A stretch of DNA of 64,000 bases, from NCBI GenBank assembly GCA_038896535.1, contig JAWACY010000001.1, positions 64,001-128,000 on the forward strand, given 5' to 3'. The notes below the pieces were generated by a model, which did not search any database, had not been told where the DNA came from, and saw only the letters and a list, made by a program, of their open reading frames with translations. Below, piece by piece: positions 9,650 to 18,805 of the stretch; position 1 is the stretch's first letter, and each line of letters opens with the position of its first letter. Made by a program: the position numbers and the translations under genes. This DNA is from Candidatus Anstonellales archaeon. GTDB taxonomy: Archaea; Micrarchaeota; Micrarchaeia; Anstonellales; J096.

Positions 9650-10700
9650 CATTAAAGTTTTTTGCTATAAAAATACTAATAGCCCTTCTCCACATTATTA
9701 TTCTCTTTATTCATTCCCTCCAAAAAATATTGTTTATATGAACACTATAACAAAATCTGGAACTCCAAACTCATATATTACTTTATTAAAGAATAATATT
9801 ATCAAAGCAATGGAATATTTAGGCCTATGTTTGCCAAACATAAGACCAATAAATAAAAACATTGAAGCAGACATAATTCATTCATTTAATTGTTTGGCCT
9901 TTCATAAAGAAAAACCTATTATCGCTGATTTGGAGATGCCAAGAAATGTTATTCTTGGGGCGCCTAAACAATATTGCGTTTCAAGAGTTAAAAGTATAGT
10001 TTCACATAAAAACTACAAAAAGATTTTAACCTGGACAGACAAGACAAAAAATGAGATATTAAAAATGCTTGATGTTAAAAATGATTTAAAAGATAAATTT
10101 TTAACGCTCTATCCAACAATACCGCCTATAAAAATTAAACAAAAAAGAAACAAGAAAAAACATGTATTACTTTTTACGGCACGCTATTTCAAAGATAAGG
10201 GCGGTATGATAGTATTGGATGTTTTTAAAGAAATGAAAATGAAGTATGATGACATCGAATGTATTATTGTATCAAATACCCCATCAAATTATAAAGAATA
10301 TTACTCTAAGTACGGAATAAAATTTTTTGATTTAATGGATAGGCACATGTTGTTCAAAAAAATCTTTTCAATTTCTACAATTTATATCTACCCCGGCCTA
10401 AGCGATAGTTATGGATTTACCTTTTTAGAAGCGATGAGTTTTGGCTTGCCTATAGTAACACAAGAAGGTTACGCGAGGGATGAAATGGTTAAAAATAACA
10501 AAGAAGGTTTTGTTATAAAAAACACTGGCAAAGACTTAATAAATGAATATGTTGAAAAAATAGAAGAACTCATAAACAATAAAAAATTATATAATGAAAT
10601 GTCAAGAAATTGTATTAAAACAATAAATGAAGGAAGGTTTTGCGCACAAAAAAGAAATGAAAAATTAAGAGCAATTTACGAAGAAGCAATTAGAAAATAA
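9642..10700 (+). CDS. GT4-family (GT-B) glycosyltransferase
   Basis: AR...KG and DSYGFTFLEAMSFGLPIV motifs. Confidence 0.87.
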   Translation: MNNIKVFCYKNTNSPSPHYYSLYSFPPKNIVYMNTITKSGTPNSYITLLKNNIIKAMEYLGLCLPNIRPINKNIEADIIHSFNCLAFHKEKPIIADLEMPRNVILGAPKQYCVSRVKSIVSHKNYKKILTWTDKTKNEILKMLDVKNDLKDKFLTLYPTIPPIKIKQKRNKKKHVLLFTARYFKDKGGMIVLDVFKEMKMKYDDIECIIVSNTPSNYKEYYSKYGIKFFDLMDRHMLFKKIFSISTIYIYPGLSDSYGFTFLEAMSFGLPIVTQEGYARDEMVKNNKEGFVIKNTGKDLINEYVEKIEELINNKKLYNEMSRNCIKTINEGRFCAQKRNEKLRAIYEEAIRK

Positions 10701-10708
10701 TGCTTCTT

Positions 10709-13639
10709 TCACTTTAATCTTTTGTATATCTTCACATATCCATTATCAAAAATTTTCTCCCAACCAGGCAATTCATTCAACATAAATGCCATATATAATG
10801 GGCTCTCATAAAATCTTCCTTTTCTGTCATCATAGCCATCTACAACAGAGCCATTAACAATCCATATTTTATCCTTTGTATAAGCTAAATAGAAAATCCC
10901 GTCTGAATATGGCAATAGCAAAGCTTTGTTCAATTGTAACTCATCATTTTCATTTTTCTTATCAAGATAATAAGTTGCAATAATCTCTTTTCCGTCTACA
11001 ATTTTTGCAGTTGATAAACAATAAGCCCTCTTTAATCTGCTTATATCTTGTTTTCCAGCTATGCCCAATTGTGTTGAATAAGCCACATAACCAGTTTTAT
11101 TAGTTATCTTGCTCACTATACAAGTTTCATTTGTGACATATATAGTTTCCCATGCGTTTTCAAATTCACATTCACTAGTAAGTTGTTCTTTTGATGCATC
11201 TGTTAAATTGTTTCTCGCACAAGCCAAATAATTTAAGGCATAAAATTTACCGCCAAACGCATCGCCAGCAAATAATATTTCTCTATCAAAAAGTGCGTAA
11301 TCACTACCATAATATTTTGTTATTTTGTTAAAATCAGTCATATTTGCCATTATATAAGCATGCGCTATGTCCCCTATCATATCCAAGGAAATATGGTCAT
11401 TTCTTATTACTGCATTTCTCTGGCCAAAATAATTAATCCAATGCCCATAATCCCACCAGCTTGTTATTTTTGCATCTTTTGGCAGTGTATTTATAAATTC
11501 CATTGCTTCAAGCCATTCTTTTGGCAGACTAGAAGGGCAGGCATTATATACATATTTGATATTCTTTTCATTTATATTATAAGATAAAACAAAATACATA
11601 ACACAATTAGATTGAGAGAACATATCCCATATTTTAGCATTGCCGTTTGCTAAATTACATAAATACTGTTTATCACTGCTACAAAATGAAAGTACACTTG
11701 TCTCTGGTTTATATAATTTGCATAAATATGATAGTCCAGTATCTTTTAAGCATAATTGCCCTATTGTTAGATTGAAATTCTCAAATGAACATATATTATC
11801 ATCGCATATGTTCGGCATCGCATTTTTATATAAATTATTAAATCCTGGTTTTTCAGCAGCAGCAAATGGAATATAAGCTATTCCGCCTATGTTTAATTGC
11901 AAAACAATGAATGACATTAATAAAAGGAGCAATAATGAAGCAAAATATTGATAATTAACATTTATGAAAAACTTTTTTATTAAAGACTCAACAAAAACAA
12001 AAGCATATGAAAAAGCAAATGCTCCTGCTAAGCCAGATGCAAGAGCCAGCTGGATTGCAAATTTTGCTTTTAAAATTCCAAGAAAAGCTATTGGCAAGAA
12101 AAATGCATAAATTAAAAATAATGGGTAATCAAGGCTTTGCTTTTTCTTCAAAAAATCATAAATATTTTTTATGAATAATGCAGTAAGGAATAATAAAATA
12201 ATAAAAATAAGATTAGGTATTTTATCAATATATATAATATTATAACCAAAAACTGTTTCAGCAATTTTATAAAGGCTAGAGAATATAAGCTCTACTAATT
12301 CAGCAAGTGGTGCAAAAAGTTGCATTACTCCTTCTTTAAATTCAACCCCAACAATGCCAAGTAAAGGCCCAAGACTTTCTCCTGCTGGGTTTTGTTCTGC
12401 TATTGTTCTAACTAATGGCACAGAATATGTTGCTATGCCAACAAATAAATCATTAAGCAGTATGAAAGCCGGATAAATCGCTAATAGAGCAATAAATGCA
12501 ATGATAAATTTAAACTGTGCATTAATTTTTTTATCTTGAATTATGCCCTTTATTCTATCTTTAAAGAGAAGGGATAGCAATAATATGATAGGCAATGCGA
12601 CATATATGACCATATATTTTAATGATAGAGAAGCAATATTAAATATAGCAAACAATAAATTGGATATTGCATAACCAATATAAATTAGGAAAAATTCTCT
12701 TTCATTTTTCTCAAAATATAAGAATAATGTAAGTATTATAATATAAAATACAGATACTTGTACTTGTGTATTAGCTAATGGCATATAGCCAATAAAAGAT
12801 AGAAATAGTAATGGTAAATACTGCCTATCTACAATTGATAAGTATATCAAAGAAAGAGCCACAATATGAAATAAAAATCCGTTTGGCTGTGCTTCAAAAA
12901 GTCCCGCTTGAGTTTTTGCAACAATTCCAGGCGTTGTTATAAAAATAAGAGAAGCCAATAAAGAAGAAAAAGTTGAAAACCTTGTTTTAAATGCCAAATA
13001 AATAAAAAAGCCCATAAATACAGATATTAAAGGGGGGTAAAAACTTGCATAAAAAGGAAGCTTATAAACATCTACTGTTGTTTTTCCTTCATTAATTACA
13101 TAAACCAAAGCTTGATAAAAACCCAAGCCAGGAATTGTTCTATGGCTTACATTAACAACTGGCCACCATGCAGTTTGATCGTTTAATGGTAAATTACCAT
13201 AATTAAGTATTTGAACAGTAACATATAGATAATAATATGGGTCAAGTTCATAGAATATTGGTGTCAAAGATGTAAGTCTTATTATAAAACCAATATATAA
13301 AATTGCAATGATAATAACTGAAATAACAATCTCCTGTTTTTCTTTTTCTATATTAATAAGATCATTTATGCTGGCCTTGTACTTTAATGCAATAAAGATT
13401 GCTATTATATATGTAAATATTAAAACTGCATATGCAGTAACCATATTAAAATTTATACCAAAAAACAGCAACAAAAAGCCCAAAAAAGATATAAAAACAT
13501 ATGAAGAAAATGCTCCTATCAATAACCTTTCAACAATAGTATTTTTCCTAAAATAAAAAAATGCCGCAATAATGCCTGGAAATAAAATAAATAAAATTGA
13601 TATAATTGTTAATGTTATGTTATACATATCATCACGCAT
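10709..13639 (-). CDS. aglB: Oligosaccharyltransferase AglB (STT3 family)
   Basis: ELDPYY, multiple TM helices, TIAEQ, SWWDYGHWI catalytic motif, VKIY C-terminus. Confidence 0.92.
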   Translation of the reverse strand: MRDDMYNITLTIISILFILFPGIIAAFFYFRKNTIVERLLIGAFSSYVFISFLGFLLLFFGINFNMVTAYAVLIFTYIIAIFIALKYKASINDLINIEKEKQEIVISVIIIAILYIGFIIRLTSLTPIFYELDPYYYLYVTVQILNYGNLPLNDQTAWWPVVNVSHRTIPGLGFYQALVYVINEGKTTVDVYKLPFYASFYPPLISVFMGFFIYLAFKTRFSTFSSLLASLIFITTPGIVAKTQAGLFEAQPNGFLFHIVALSLIYLSIVDRQYLPLLFLSFIGYMPLANTQVQVSVFYIIILTLFLYFEKNEREFFLIYIGYAISNLLFAIFNIASLSLKYMVIYVALPIILLLSLLFKDRIKGIIQDKKINAQFKFIIAFIALLAIYPAFILLNDLFVGIATYSVPLVRTIAEQNPAGESLGPLLGIVGVEFKEGVMQLFAPLAELVELIFSSLYKIAETVFGYNIIYIDKIPNLIFIILLFLTALFIKNIYDFLKKKQSLDYPLFLIYAFFLPIAFLGILKAKFAIQLALASGLAGAFAFSYAFVFVESLIKKFFINVNYQYFASLLLLLLMSFIVLQLNIGGIAYIPFAAAEKPGFNNLYKNAMPNICDDNICSFENFNLTIGQLCLKDTGLSYLCKLYKPETSVLSFCSSDKQYLCNLANGNAKIWDMFSQSNCVMYFVLSYNINEKNIKYVYNACPSSLPKEWLEAMEFINTLPKDAKITSWWDYGHWINYFGQRNAVIRNDHISLDMIGDIAHAYIMANMTDFNKITKYYGSDYALFDREILFAGDAFGGKFYALNYLACARNNLTDASKEQLTSECEFENAWETIYVTNETCIVSKITNKTGYVAYSTQLGIAGKQDISRLKRAYCLSTAKIVDGKEIIATYYLDKKNENDELQLNKALLLPYSDGIFYLAYTKDKIWIVNGSVVDGYDDRKGRFYESPLYMAFMLNELPGWEKIFDNGYVKIYKRLK

Positions 13640-14633
13640 TATTTATTTCATTCATTTTCTCTTTTAGCACATAAAGTATTTTAATCTGCTCTTTTGCTGG
13701 TTTTCTTGCCATTGTAGGCAAAAATGCCTTATTCTCTATAGCAAATTTTATTGTTTGATATAAAAATTGCAATGCATTTTTTCTTATGTAGCTATAAAAA
13801 TATTTCCTTCTCTCAATGAGTTTATCAAGAATATATTTTTTTGTTGAAAAAACAAAACCATCAAAATCAGCAAATCCTTTTGCATGTAATGCTTGTTTAA
13901 CATAATCAAATCCTTCATACGTATCAAGCCTAGAATATGGGGTTATTGAAAAACTTATCAATATTTTATTATAATCAATCATTTCTGCATCTTGTTCTTT
14001 AAAATTAGAAATAAGATTTTTATAACCATAATTAACTGCTGCAGAGCATAATATTTTCCTAACAAAAGAACTTCTTATTATTGGTTTTATAATAACCCTT
14101 TTTTGCCTTTTTATTTCATTCAATCCTTGTGCCAAAGCATATGCTGTAGGCATTTCATAAGTAAACCCTTGCTCTTCTATTATTGACATTTCCTTTTCCT
14201 TTTCAATGCCATGTGAAGAAAGCAGATCATACAGCTCCTTAAAGATGATAGCTGAGCCATATTTAAGTTTAAAAAGCATTGTCATATAATCTCCAAAGTC
14301 TGGTAAAAATGAGCGCATATCTTCTTTAATCTTTTTTCTGATTTTCATCCAATATAAACAAAATGAAACCTGCCTCAAACTTAATTTTTTTAATAATGCA
14401 ATCTGCCTGAAATAACGCAATTGTTTTTTTATATCTTCCATCTCTTTCTCGTCTTTATCTTCAATTTCCTTTGCTGCTAATGATATTAGAAATTGCATAG
14501 GCATATGAAAATTTCTTCTTAACATCTCTTTTTTTAATACTGCAAGTGTCATCTCATCTAAACCTTTATAGTTATCAATGGCATATTTTGCAATTGCAAT
14601 GCTTGGCATGCTTATTAAATTATTTACATTCAT
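13632..14633 (-). CDS. Hypothetical protein (333 aa) between top6A and aglB
   Basis: Long ORF overlapping both neighbours (ATGA with top6A); no motif recognised. Confidence 0.75.
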   Translation of the reverse strand: MNVNNLISMPSIAIAKYAIDNYKGLDEMTLAVLKKEMLRRNFHMPMQFLISLAAKEIEDKDEKEMEDIKKQLRYFRQIALLKKLSLRQVSFCLYWMKIRKKIKEDMRSFLPDFGDYMTMLFKLKYGSAIIFKELYDLLSSHGIEKEKEMSIIEEQGFTYEMPTAYALAQGLNEIKRQKRVIIKPIIRSSFVRKILCSAAVNYGYKNLISNFKEQDAEMIDYNKILISFSITPYSRLDTYEGFDYVKQALHAKGFADFDGFVFSTKKYILDKLIERRKYFYSYIRKNALQFLYQTIKFAIENKAFLPTMARKPAKEQIKILYVLKEKMNEINNA

Positions 14634-15757
14634 GGCAAAAATTCCTCCTTTTTTATTTTTTCTCTTAAATAATCTCCTACAAATGTAAGCCTTTGCCCTT
14701 GTAATGCATCCTGCTCAAGTTTCTTCTTTGTTTTTAAAACCAGCTCAAGTTCATCAACCCATGCTTTGTGTTTTTTTATCCATGGATATGATATAAGTTC
14801 TTCGGCCCTTTTTATGTCTACTTCTTTTGCATTTATTGTAAGCTTTTCAAGAAACGGATACTTTTTTATATCACTCATAGCAACGCCAACAAACTTAGCC
14901 TCTGGAACACTAAAATCTTTTCCCAAATATGCCAAATTAATGGATCCAGTTTTTATTGTCCAATATATATACCAACCCCAAGCATCACAGTCCATAAAGC
15001 ATATTATTGGTAATTTCATATCTGCTAACTTCCTTATAAGCCTTCTAGTGCCTCTTGAACTCTGCCCTTTTGGCGTTATCAAAATACAATTTTCCTTTTG
15101 CCAAAATTTATCCTCATTTAATCTTTGCCATAATGCATCTTTCTCGACTACTAAAACATAATCAGCTTTGATTTCAACTATTTCCATATCATTATCAACA
15201 TCTGATGGAATTGTCCACCCGCTCCTTCCTTGTTTTGTGCCATCAATGATTATTTCTTCTCCTGCAAATCTATCAAGAATCTTTATATTCCCTGCAAGAA
15301 CGCCTTTTCTATCAGTCGTTAAATGTAAATCCTCTCTCTTTACTCCTAAAGCAACTTCTAAATCTTCTATTAATGCATTACTCTCGCTCTGCTCTTCAAA
15401 TAAATTCTCGTCCAAATCTTCGCCAAGTGTAAATTTCAGCTGGTAATAAAGCCCTCTTATACTCGTATGCAATCCTTGCTCTATAAATGTTTTTGTCTTA
15501 CTTGCGACAGCTATTGTTTGCATAAAAGTTCTTGATTGGCTGAGATTGAGGAATTTTCTCTGTTCTTGTTTATCACCCAGTTTTAGAAAACCCTCCTGCT
15601 CATTGAATATGACATTGCTCTTACTCCTTAAATAAGTAGAGAAATATGGGCTTTTATTTTGCTCAATTGCTGAAACCATATCTTTGCCCATTTTAACAAG
15701 CTTTTCATAAGCTAACCAATCGTTTGTCTTTTTTTCCTTTTTGTTTTTATCTGCCAT
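14630..15757 (-). CDS. top6A: DNA topoisomerase VI subunit A
   Basis: R.LYY catalytic Tyr region, VVEKD, D.D TOPRIM (DCDAWG), K.EQDAL. Confidence 0.95.
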   Translation of the reverse strand: MADKNKKEKKTNDWLAYEKLVKMGKDMVSAIEQNKSPYFSTYLRSKSNVIFNEQEGFLKLGDKQEQRKFLNLSQSRTFMQTIAVASKTKTFIEQGLHTSIRGLYYQLKFTLGEDLDENLFEEQSESNALIEDLEVALGVKREDLHLTTDRKGVLAGNIKILDRFAGEEIIIDGTKQGRSGWTIPSDVDNDMEIVEIKADYVLVVEKDALWQRLNEDKFWQKENCILITPKGQSSRGTRRLIRKLADMKLPIICFMDCDAWGWYIYWTIKTGSINLAYLGKDFSVPEAKFVGVAMSDIKKYPFLEKLTINAKEVDIKRAEELISYPWIKKHKAWVDELELVLKTKKKLEQDALQGQRLTFVGDYLREKIKKEEFLP

Positions 15758-15763
15758 TGCTAT

Positions 15764-17302
15764 CTACCCCTCTACCTCATTGTTTTTTTCTATCATTGCC
15801 AAGAGCTTTTGCTCTATTTTGCTCTTATCATAACCAGACAAAATAGAAAGGTCAGATGAGAGCTGCTTTACATACCTTAAAAATGCCTTTTTCCTTTTTT
15901 CATGTTCTGCAATCTTCTTTTTATCAGTTATGTGTTGTTTAACATTCCTTGCTGCTTCATAAATTGCATTCTTTATTTCATCAACTATCTCTTCCTCAGC
16001 AGATATTGCCTGCTTACCAGCAGATGTATATGGAACGTGCGTGCTAACAATTGATATAAGCAAATTTATCGGGCTTTGTTCGAAATTATCTATACCATAT
16101 CTTTTCCAATCAACATTTTTCAATGCCTGTGTAATGGCACATGCGCCAGCATCGAACAATAATGGCACTTTATTAGCATATCTCATTACTTGATTGTCTT
16201 TTATTTCTCCACCATAGGCTATTGCCACTTCAACTTTATAGGGAATGCCACCATATAGAATTTTTACAGGCCTTTCAACAACAGCGAATAGCTCAGGCTT
16301 TAATATCTTTTTCAGGCTTGCTTCAAGTTGTTCTCTGCCTATACTTGATAAAACATCCTGCTGTGGGGCTATCCATTTCATTTTCTTGAATGCTTTTATT
16401 ATTTCTTCTGCTTCTTCTCTTGAAAGCGTTGAAGGCTTTTTACTCATATCAATGCCAGTTATTGAGTGCAATTCTTTAACTTTATCGTTAGAGAATCTAG
16501 AAAACTCATTAGTGAAAAATGAACTCAATTTTGTTGCTTGTGTAATTGCAGCCATATCAATTAAATCCTGTACTGCTATGCCCAAAGGATGGGGCTTTAC
16601 TTCTTTTGGTATTGCTGGCAAACTATCGCTTGTTCTTGAAAAAACAACCTGCTGGCCATCAGGACCTTTAAAAATAAATGATGCATGTGGGTTTGCAATT
16701 GCGCTCCTTCTTATATATTCAAATGGCCCATATGCGCTTTTATCATATTTAACTTCTTTAAATTCTGCTTCAACTATAAGACCCTTAAAAGTTCCGCTTT
16801 CTTTCTTTAAATTTGATATGATTGGCTTATTCGATTTTATGTCAATAGATAAATCACATGATATTGTTGTTTCTCCATTGCCAGATATAACATGTGTTTG
16901 TTTTCCTGTTGTTAATAATGAAAGCATTGTACACCCAGCAGCTCCTATGCCTTGCTGCCCTCTTTGTTGAATGTGCCTATGAAACTTCGTTCCAGCAAGC
17001 ATTTGACCAAGAGCCTTCCCTATCAAATGCTCTGGAATGCCTGGGCCATTATCTGATACAACAACTTTATAATGCTCTTCCCCAAGCTCTTTTATTTCGA
17101 CTTTTATGCTTGGTAATATGCCATGCTCTTCACAAGCATCAAGGCTGTTTGTTACATATTCATGAACAATTGTAGTCAATGTCCTTACTTTCCCTGTTAA
17201 TCCAAGCATCTGTCTGTTTTTCCTAAAAAACTCAGTTACTGCATACTCTCTAAAATGCTGCTCAATTTTATTATCAATTTTATTATTAACATTACTAGTC
17301 AT
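15764..17302 (-). CDS. top6B: DNA topoisomerase VI subunit B
   Basis: EFF.KN, E...NSLDA, DNGPGI, RGQQGIG GHKL motifs; RYANKVPL. Confidence 0.96.
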   Translation of the reverse strand: MTSNVNNKIDNKIEQHFREYAVTEFFRKNRQMLGLTGKVRTLTTIVHEYVTNSLDACEEHGILPSIKVEIKELGEEHYKVVVSDNGPGIPEHLIGKALGQMLAGTKFHRHIQQRGQQGIGAAGCTMLSLLTTGKQTHVISGNGETTISCDLSIDIKSNKPIISNLKKESGTFKGLIVEAEFKEVKYDKSAYGPFEYIRRSAIANPHASFIFKGPDGQQVVFSRTSDSLPAIPKEVKPHPLGIAVQDLIDMAAITQATKLSSFFTNEFSRFSNDKVKELHSITGIDMSKKPSTLSREEAEEIIKAFKKMKWIAPQQDVLSSIGREQLEASLKKILKPELFAVVERPVKILYGGIPYKVEVAIAYGGEIKDNQVMRYANKVPLLFDAGACAITQALKNVDWKRYGIDNFEQSPINLLISIVSTHVPYTSAGKQAISAEEEIVDEIKNAIYEAARNVKQHITDKKKIAEHEKRKKAFLRYVKQLSSDLSILSGYDKSKIEQKLLAMIEKNNEVEG

Positions 17303-17352
17303 ATAATTATATTTCTGGTTAAATCTTAAAAAACTATTCTATATTACATATC

Positions 17353-18783
17353 ATGCTAAATGAAAGCATATTTAGAGAATATGATTTAAGGGGCATAATA
17401 GGCAAGGATATAGATGAAAATGGTTTTAACACAATTGCATTAGCATTTGCAAATATATTAAAAAAGAGAAAATTAAAAACTTGCTTGATAGGCCATGATT
17501 ACAGAGAAAAAAGCGAGTTATTCAGGCAATATTTTGTTAAGGGCTTAATAGATAATGGGATTAATGTCATAGACATAGGCATGAGCTTAACCCCAATCTT
17601 ACATCATGCGCAGTTTTTCTATAAATGCAAAGCATGTGCAGCAATAACAGCAAGCCACAATCCAAAAGAATGGACTGGTTTAAAGTTATCTTATGACATA
17701 AAAAGGACATTCTTGCCCGATGATATAAAAGAACTTAAAAAAGAAGTTGAAATAGTGAATAAAAGAATGAAAGGGCAGGGAAAAAGTAAAAATACAAAGA
17801 GCCTTGGCAATTATAAAAGAGGGCATTATTTCCATATTTATACAGAAGATTTGAAAAGAATAATTGGTGAAATAAAACAAGCAAAAAAAATAAAGGCAGT
17901 GGTCAATCCTGGAAATGGTACTGCATGTGCTTTTGCTGGGCCATTATTAAGGGCTTTTAATATAAAGACATATGAAATAAATAACAACCTTGATTGGACT
18001 TTTCCGAAATATTACCCAAACCCAAGCCTTGAGGAAATGATGAAAGAGACAGCGAATAAAACAAAGCAAGAAAAAGCAGATATTGGTTTTGCATTTGATG
18101 GTGATGGAGACAGGCTTGGGGTAGTTGATGAAAAAGGAAATATCATATATGCAGATTATTACATTGCAGCATTGCTTGACTATATAGCAAGCAAATTACC
18201 AGAAGAGGAAAAAAGAAAAAGGGCTGTAATATATAATGTTGCAACATCAAAAGTTATTGCTGACATAGCAAAAAAACATGGTATAAAAGCAGTTATGTGC
18301 AAAACTGGGCATTCTTATATAAGAGATGAAATGCAAAAAAGAAATGCAATATTGGCTGGGGAATCAAGCGGGCATGTGTTCATAAATAGGCCTTTCTATT
18401 ATGGCTTTGATGATGCTTGTTATGCTGCTTTATTAATAGTAAAAATGATCACTGAGAAAGGAAGGCTAAGTAAGTGCATAGAAAAACTCCCAAAGTATAT
18501 AACAAGCCCAACATATCAGATATTTTGTCCGGATAAAGAAAAATACAGAAAAATTGAAGAAATAACGAATTTATTAATAAAAAATGGCCTTAACCCAATA
18601 ACAATAAATGGAGCCAGAGTTGAATTTGAAGATGCTTGGTTTGTCATAAGGGCTTCATCAAACATGCCAAGCATTGTTGTCAGAATAGAAGCGAGAAAAG
18701 AGAAAAGGCTTGAAGAAATTAAAGAGTTTGTCAAGTTAATTTTAAATAAGGTTGGTATAAATAGTGCTTGGAAAACTGGATAA
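17353..18783 (+). CDS. Phosphomannomutase/phosphoglucomutase
   Basis: FREYDLRG, TASHNP, FDGDGDR, GESSGH. Confidence 0.94.
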   Translation: MLNESIFREYDLRGIIGKDIDENGFNTIALAFANILKKRKLKTCLIGHDYREKSELFRQYFVKGLIDNGINVIDIGMSLTPILHHAQFFYKCKACAAITASHNPKEWTGLKLSYDIKRTFLPDDIKELKKEVEIVNKRMKGQGKSKNTKSLGNYKRGHYFHIYTEDLKRIIGEIKQAKKIKAVVNPGNGTACAFAGPLLRAFNIKTYEINNNLDWTFPKYYPNPSLEEMMKETANKTKQEKADIGFAFDGDGDRLGVVDEKGNIIYADYYIAALLDYIASKLPEEEKRKRAVIYNVATSKVIADIAKKHGIKAVMCKTGHSYIRDEMQKRNAILAGESSGHVFINRPFYYGFDDACYAALLIVKMITEKGRLSKCIEKLPKYITSPTYQIFCPDKEKYRKIEEITNLLIKNGLNPITINGARVEFEDAWFVIRASSNMPSIVVRIEARKEKRLEEIKEFVKLILNKVGINSAWKTG

Positions 18784-18805
18784 TTAAATATTGCTTGTGA
18801 TTGTT

